Assembly: GCA_036785375.1 (NCBI GenBank)
Contig: JAWMAR010000093.1
Span: 744,001-808,000, forward strand
Source of the DNA: Leucoraja ocellata
Lineage: Eukaryota
Length of the DNA: 64,000 nucleotides
Direction: 5' to 3'
Shown here: one piece after another, positions 56,192 through 64,000 of the stretch
How the letters are laid out: every line of letters begins with the position of its first letter
Position numbering within the stretch: position 1 is the first letter of the stretch
The notes under the pieces: model-generated
What the model was told of the DNA's origin: nothing
What the model saw: only the letters and a program-made list of their open reading frames with translations
Database searches by the model: none
Position numbers and translations under genes: made by a program

Positions 56192-57822
56192 CAGTGCCCT
56201 CCATAATGTTTGGGACAAAGACCCATTATTTATTGATTTGGCTCTGTACGCCACAATTTGAGATTTGTAATAGAAAAAAAAAATACATGTTGTGCATTGT
56301 CAGATTTTATTAAAAGGTATTTTTATACTTTGGTTTCACCGTGTAGAAATTACAGCTGTGTTTATACATAGTCCCCCGCATTTCAGGGTACCATAATGTT
56401 TGGGACATATGGCTTCACATGTGTTAGTAATGTCTCAGGTGTGTTTAAATGCCTCCTTAATGCGGGTATAAAAGAGCTCTTTCCTCCAGTCTTTCCATCA
56501 CATTTGGAAACTTTTATTGCTGTTTATCAACGCGAGGACCAAAGTTTTGCCAATCAAAGTCAAAGAAGCCATTGAAACCGAGAACCAAGAATAAAACTGT
56601 TAAGCGATGTCAGTCAAATCTTAGGCTTACCAAAATCAACTGTTTGGAACATCATTATGAGAGCACTGGCGAGCTTAGTACACGCAAGGCCAAGGAAGAC
56701 CTCCACAGCTGATGCCAGAAGAATTCTCTTTACAATAAAGCAAAATCCTCAAACACCCGTCTGACAAATCAGAAACACCCTTCAAGAGTCAGGTGTGGAT
56801 TTGTCAATGACCACCGTCTGCAGAAGACTTCATGAACAGAAATACAGAGGCTACACTGCAAGATGCAAAACCACTGGTTAGCTGGAAAAATAGGATGGCC
56901 AGGTTACAGTTTGCCAAGAAGTACTTAAAAGAGCAACCACAGTTCTGGAAAAAGGTTGTGGACAAATGAAACTAAGATTAACATAGAGTGATGGCAAGAG
57001 CAAAGTATGGAGGAGAGAAGGAAGTGCCCAAGAACCAAAGCATACCACCACATCTGTGAAACAGTGGTGGGGGTATTATGGCCTGGGCATGTATGGCTGC
57101 TGAAGGTACTGACTCACTTATCTTCATTGATGATACAACTGCTGATGGTAGTAGCATAGCCAATTCTGAAGTGTATAGACACATCCTATCTGCTTAAGTT
57201 CAAACAAATGACTCAAAACTCATTGGGCGGCAGTTCATTCTACAGCAAGATCCCAAACGTACTGCTAAAGCCACAAAGGAGTTTTTCAAAGCTAACAAAT
57301 TGTCAATTCTTGAGAACCCAATTGAGCATAAGCATGCCTTTTATACGCCGAGGAGAAAACTGAAGGGGACTAGCCCCCAAAACAAGCATAAGCTAAAGAT
57401 GGCTGCAATACCGGCCTGGAAGAGAATCACTTGAGAAGACACCCAGCAGCTGGTGATGTCCATGAATGGCAGACTTCAAACAGTAATTGTATGCAAAGGA
57501 TATGCAACAAAATACTAAACATGACCACTTTCATTCACATGACATTGCTGCCTCCCAAAGTTTATGGTGCCCTGAAATTTGGGGGGGGGGGGGGGGGGGG
57601 GGAAGAGACTGTATAAACACTGCTGACAATTCTACATGGTGAAACCAAAATGTATAAAAGGCCTTCATTAAAATCCGATAATGTGCAATTTAACCACGTG
57701 TGGGAGCCAATAGAACTGCCATTATAACATGTGATTTTTTCTATTACAAATCTCAAATTGTGGAGTACAGAGGCAAATAAATAAATGATGGGCCTTTGCC
57801 CCAAACATTATGGAGGGCACTG
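56192..57822 (+). mobile_element. Tc1-family DNA transposon, full length, defective transposase
   Basis: TA|CAGTGCCCTCCATAATGTTTGGGAC ... CCAAACATTATGGAGGGCACTG; ~220-bp IR/DR termini; transposase remnants (GGG-MAWACMAA) with stops and frameshifts. Confidence 0.92.
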
Positions 57823-60800
57823 TGATGTGATGGCATTAACTCTTTATTCTGCAGGGATCACATGCTCTGGAAAATAAAGCATTTCCACATCAATTGAAAT
57901 CGTTAATGGATTACCAAAAGGAATGAAACTGTTTAACAAACATTTTGTCATTCAGATAAACACGATTCTACATGAAGCAAAGGTCTTCTCCAGCATTTCA
58001 GATAGTGCAATCTGCACACATAGTCCCCAAGAACCTGCTGATGCCTGTGCACTGTATATTTAGGGGAACTTGTAGATTTGATGTAGTTTCCAGCCACCCA
58101 CCCTACCTCACCTGTTCTTTTCCCTTATGTGCAATATTACAGAATATGCTACACTCATTTCTGTTCTTTTGATCTTACAATTTCCCCATATTGGAGCTGA
58201 CAACTGCATGTGTATGAAAATGGCCCATGTGGACTGGCCTGTGTAATTGCAAACTTTGGTTACCAGGTGGTGCTGCAGCATCTCTTCACAAAATGCTCCA
58301 AAATTGTTGCACAGTACCTAGTCCTTATTCCAAAGTTGAGATGTAATCCAAAAGTGAGGTTTAAAAAAAGTTAAAATATATCTTTCTTAGCAAATTATCT
58401 ATTAACTTTTAATTGAATTGTTCAGATTTAATCTTTGTAATGATAAAGAGTCTCACATGCACATTCCATGAGCTTTGTTGCAGCTGTAAATTAGGGAGCG
58501 AGCCCAGTTAATGCATGCATTCCAGAGAGCAGCCTGCTGAATGGATGTTTGAATAGCAGAATAACATGCACCTGTGGGGTGTGTAGAAGTTAGGTTAAAA
58601 ACCTACAATATTTTCACTAATTCAGAACGATAAAATAAATTCAGGAGACTTAGGATGGTCAGCACTGATTCTTACTACTAAAATAATACCTGTGATGAAG
58701 CCACATTTTTATTGGTGTGGTTCAAGGAATCAAAAGCGATTTTCTCAAATAATTATTTTCAGGCACTTTGCGTATTGCAATATTATACAATATAGAAATA
58801 GTGGAGATAATGAAGAGGATGTAGGATGATACCAACAATGTGATGGTTTTGTATCAGGAAATAAAAATGCAAAGAGCAGTTGTCTTTGAGCAAAGGCAGC
58901 TGAAGCCCAACAGAATAGATGATTTAAAAAAATAAAAATAAATAAATAAAAATGCACTTGTGTAACTCGGGTCATGCAGCATCTCTGGAGGGAATAGATA
59001 GGTGACAGTTTGGGTCAGGACCCTTTCTCAGACCCAGTAAAGAGTAAAATTTGGCTCCAAAAACACTTGGGTATACAAAACATCTGTGTAGATACATTTT
59101 GGCTTAAGTAGTGGGTGGTCTGGTTTCCATTAAAATAAAGTAATTAATTGCATAGCCAAATCTTATAAAAACTATTAATTTTACTTTGAATGCCAATTGT
59201 TTTTAAAGTTAGTCCGCTATACTATGTACTGCGATTAAACCACGCATTTGAAAAAAAAATCAATAAAACTGCAGACACGGAAAATCTGAAATAAAAAGGG
59301 AATGTTGAGAAATCCTCATAGATCAGAGCATTTTCAACATTAAGGGAAACTTCAAATTTTCATTTAAAACTGAAGGAATATTCCAATAATATCCGAATAA
59401 GGTCAGATATTTAAAAAAAATGTGTTTATTTTAATACAGGGTATTCCAAATGCAATAATAGCTAGACAAATCTCATTTACATTGGAAATTGGTTCATTAA
59501 TATTGGGAATCAACCTTCTGAAGTGGGTTCATTTTTAAAATCCATTTCAAAGCAGATTTCCAACTGAAGCCTATTACTTTTCAGCAGGAAGATAACAAAA
59601 TAAATGCCTGACACAAAAATGTGTCGGACATGTCAGGCTTATGGTACATAGGTATTGGAAAGGGCAAAATACATATCATCAGAATTAACAACATTACATG
59701 CATAGCTGCCATATTTGGCATCATTTCATTCTGGGAGCTACCTCTAAGAATGCAGAAATAACAATATTCTCAACTTGAAAAGAGGCCCACTCTTTCTATT
59801 GGATGATGCCAACATTAAGACTCTACATTGTTTATTGTTAGTGGTGCAAGTGAGGGGGGTGTGTCGCAAGATTGAAAGACTCAAACTTCAAATTGTAAAG
59901 TAGTTTATTAAATAAGTGCAAGGTTTAAATTAAGCCATCATATATACACAATCTCAAAAATACAGTCAAGGGCACTTAAATCATCTTTGGAAAAGGCATG
60001 ATCTCAATTCAAAAATCCACCATACAAGTGCCTCAAATCTGAACCATCCTAATAATATTGTTTATACAAATGGTTATCCAAAGTGCATAATTTACTTGTT
60101 TAAAAAAAAAGTGAAAACAGTTTCAGACTGAAAATACAGGATTTGTAATCAGTAATGCAATAATGATGTGCAAAGTTTTGAGCCCCTGCATTCAATGGCA
60201 AATCAAATGTGCATGATTACTTACTGAAGGATTAACAAATACACCAGGCAAAAGGAAGATCTTAGTCATCAAGCATTGCTCATTAAACTTCTTCACTAGT
60301 GCGCGTTAAACTTAGGCTTCTACCCTAGATGCATTGTGTCAATTATATACTAACCATTTATGCCAGTGGAAAAAAAAACCAGCTTAGTCGCAGTTTGTTT
60401 GCCCTTCAGATAATTTACATTGCTTCAGCATACCACTCAGAATTTTAGTTTGCTCTTTTAACCATATAACTATCAAGCAAAGCCTTGCACAACACAGTTG
60501 GAATAATCAACAATATGTAAAACAAAGTAATAATTTTATCCTTGAATACAAAGACAAGATATTCTGATAGTTTATACAACAGTGCAGGATACAATGAAGT
60601 GGTTAGTTTGTGTAAAACTGAACAATATGCCAGCACTTGATAGACAAAGGCATTTTGATAGCCATGTGGCAGATAGTGGATAGTGGATAATGCTGTGGTT
60701 CTGGCAGTATTTTGTGAGCAATCATGAGCTACCGAGTCAGATCCCGATGTTCAGCTGGGAAGGAAAATGTGCAAGAACACAGATCCAGCAGGTTTGATAT

Positions 60801-62638
60801 CATCCAGAAGTGGGAGACTCAAAATCCCTCAGTGCAATTTATCTAAACTGTCACTTGAAAGTAATCATTTCATGCCTGTGGAATCCGGTTTTAAAGACAG
60901 AATTCTGAACCATATGGATATTATACTCTTGAAGCACATCAAGCGTAATAGAAAAATTAAGGGCGCATTTCCCCTTTGATAATGAATAATGCATATTGGA
61001 AATAAACTTGACAAGATACCAATGTGACGGAACAAAATCACTTATTTTCAAGGATGCAAGGAAATGGGGAGGTCAGAGGAATAGTCACAGCCAAAAAACT
61101 AAGAAATCTTGTAGCCCTGGAAACAGTGGAGGTCAAGTCTGTTTATGACCTTTGGTTGGTAATAAAAATAAAATCAGCTGGGGTAGAACAGAAATAGTGC
61201 CATTGTGCCAAAAATTATATCATTGTAGAGCATTTAATACTGGAGTGTTTGAACTCAAAGACAAAGTCTCAGATTAATTTGCTTCACACCAGTCTGACCC
61301 AAGTGTCAATAGAAAATCCCATTATTCTTCATAGTAAAATATTCTGTTCCCTTTTGAGACAGGGAATGAAAAAGAGAATAAATTTAACATGGAACCAAAT
61401 TTGAGTGTTTGATCAATTATTTTCCTTCCAAGCATAGTGAAAATTCCAGCACAGTGGAACTGAACAGCCCTCATCAAATTTCTGCTGTTTATAGGTTATT
61501 CCATTATCTTTACAGTGAGGTTTGTTCGGGAGTTACATGCAAACTGAACTATTAGCACAAAGATCATGTTATGGTGTTCAGATACAGGAACTTAGTTTGA
61601 AACGTCATACAATACCCACCAGATGACAGCCAGTGGCTACTAGCCGGCAGATAACAATTCACGCAAGCAACCCAGAAGCTTAAACTGTCTGATTTGGGTC
61701 ATATCTCATATGAGAAATTTGTGCATTCTTTCCTTGAAATTAAAGACAATAATTCTTGCAAATAAATAGTGGTGCTGCAACAGAACTAACAGTATTAAAA
61801 AATGCCTGAATTACATTTCCAGTGGGCTTTTTTTACCATTATGTAATATTTCAGAGGACGGGGATGAATCTGTGATCGGAAAGGAGGAGAAAAACAATAC
61901 AATTTCTCACAATTTAGATCTACCCCGCAGAAAAGGAAGGTGCATATCATAAATAACAAACAGACCTCATACAATTTTATGGAAGAGCTTGGTTGCAGTG
62001 GGTCCATGATGGAACATTAGCCTTGGGTCAAATCTGTACCTAAAATACAAAATACCTTGTTAAATTGCATAACGATCCAACAAAGTGTCATTAATGTTAC
62101 CAGGATAGGCACCATAAAAAGCATTCAGCATACATGGATGAACAAGGTCCTTCACCTCTTAGTTTAGTCAAATACAGTAGCAGAGTTAGTGTGCCTGCGT
62201 TTGTTTTCAGAGGTTTTACCTGCTATTTTGGCCTATTAAAATTGTAATGTCTCAGTTTGTTGGGAACTGGCAACTATGCTGAAAAGTACAAGAGCTAGAC
62301 CAAAGTGGAATATCGTGAAGAAAGTTTACTTTCAGGTACTGTAACATATCAAGTAGCAAAGTGGAAATCCACAATGTAAAAGGGAGGGGAGAATCTGACA
62401 TTTGCAATGCAGGCCACTAGGGAACTCATACAGAATAGTTTCATGGAAAATTTGTCGACAAAAGTAGATATTGAGGCAGTAGGAAAATGAAAAATTTCTC
62501 ATGGAAACTGCATCCACTTTCAAAGCATGAAGGTACGATGTAAATATCTAATGAAACTATGACAGTTAAGATAAGCAGTTATCTGCAGTCAGGAAAATAG
62601 TTATATTCTGCAACAGATTAGCTCTCAGATTACATATA

Positions 62639-63845
62639 CAGGGCCCTCCATAATGTTTGGGACAAAGACCCATCATTTATTTATTTGGGGCATAGACCCT
62701 ATCACTTATTTGCTCCACAATTTGAGATTTGTAATAGAAAACAAAACATGTGGTTAAAGTGCACAGTCAGATTTTTTTTAAAGGGTATTTTTATACATTT
62801 TGGTTTCACCATGTAGAGATTACAGCTGTGTTCATATATAGTGCCCCCCTCCTCCCCCCACATATCAGCGCACCATAATGTTTGGGACACATGGCTTCAC
62901 AGGTGTTTGTAATGGCTTGTGTGTTTAAATGCCTCATTAATGCAGGTATAAAAGAGCTTGCAGCACCTAGTCTTTCCTCCAGTCTTTTCATCACCTTTGG
63001 AAACTTTTATTGCTGAGGAAAACATGAGGACCAAAATTGTGCCAATGAAAGTCAAAAAAGCCATTAGGAGACTGAGAAACAAGAATAAAACTGTTAGAGC
63101 CAAACATAAGGCTTACCAAAATCAACTGTTTGGAACATCATTACGAAGAAAGAGCACTGGTGAGCTTACTAATCGCAAAGGGACTGACAGGAAGACAATG
63201 AAGACATCCACAGCTGATGACAGAAGAATTCTCTCTATACTAAAGCAAAATCCACAAACACCTGTCCGACAGATCAGAAACACTCTTCAGGAGTCATGTT
63301 TGGATTTGTCAATGACCAAGCCTTCATGAACAGAAATACAGAGGCTACACTGCAAGATACAAACCACTGGTTAGCTGCAAAAATAGGATGGCCAGGTTAA
63401 AGTTTGGCAAGAAGTACTTAAGAGCAACCACAGTTCTGGAAAAAGGTCTTGTGTACAGATGAGATGAAGATTAACATATCAGAGTGATGGCAAGAGCAAA
63501 GTATGGAGGAGAGAAGGAACTGCTCAAGATTGAAAGCATACTACCTCATCTGTGAAACAGTGGTGGGGGTGTTATGGCCCGGGCATGTATGGCTGCTGAT
63601 GGTACTGGCTCACTTATCTTCATTGATGATACAACTGCTGATGGTAGTAGTATATTGAATTCTGAAGTGAATAGACACATCCTCTGCTCAAGCTCAAACA
63701 AATGCCTCAAAACTCATTGGCTGGCAGTTAATTCTACAGCAAGACAATGATCCAAAACAAACTGCTAAAGCAACAAAGGAGTTTTTCAAAGCTAAAAAAT
63801 GGTCAATTCTTGAGTGACCATCATTCACCCAATCTGAACCCAATT
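62639..63845 (+). mobile_element. Second copy of the same Tc1 family, 3'-truncated
   Basis: TA|CAGGGCCCTCCATAATGTTTGGGAC; KTSTADDRRILSILKQNPQTP; LQQDNDPK; ends after the SPNLNPI motif. Confidence 0.9.
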
Positions 63846-64000
63846 TGTTAATATTGGCCAAAGTAGAGATACAAAAAATGGAGGATCATTGAATCTGCAG
63901 AACATGTTTGGTCAATTTCTGTGTAAAGCTGAAAGCTGCAAATCAGTGCCAGGAAGTCTAGGTCCTAGATTGAACTATCAGATAAGGTGAGGTCCAGATG

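Overview
Eukaryotic, AT-rich, repeat-dense vertebrate DNA. The repeat set (HE1-type V-SINEs, HER1/CR1 LINEs, Rex1, Penelope pLTR fragments) points to a cartilaginous fish, probably a skate or ray; this is inference. Two spliced genes lie on the minus strand. (1) The complete RPS16 gene has 5 coding exons (39393-46900, 146 aa), a 5'TOP non-coding first exon and a CpG-rich promoter. (2) The 5' part of otogelin-like (OTOGL) has 14 coding exons reconstructed by hand (22207 down to 334, 1441 nt), one GC-AG intron and a candidate non-coding first exon near 29.1 kb; it continues off the left edge. Most ORFs in the track are transposon remnants (CR1, Rex1, Penelope, Gypsy, Tc1, MITEs) or chance ORFs. 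There are three main highlights. First, a Tigger-like TIR element in an OTOGL intron carries two head-to-head decayed copies of a linker-histone H1 globular domain, forming a ~600-bp palindrome. Second, many minimal hammerhead-ribozyme cores sit in Penelope-derived fold-back mini-elements with clear TSDs. Third, a fold-back THAP-bearing DNA transposon, itself interrupted by an inverted Penelope insertion, begins ~130 bp upstream of the RPS16 start site. All calls are by eye; no database search was run.
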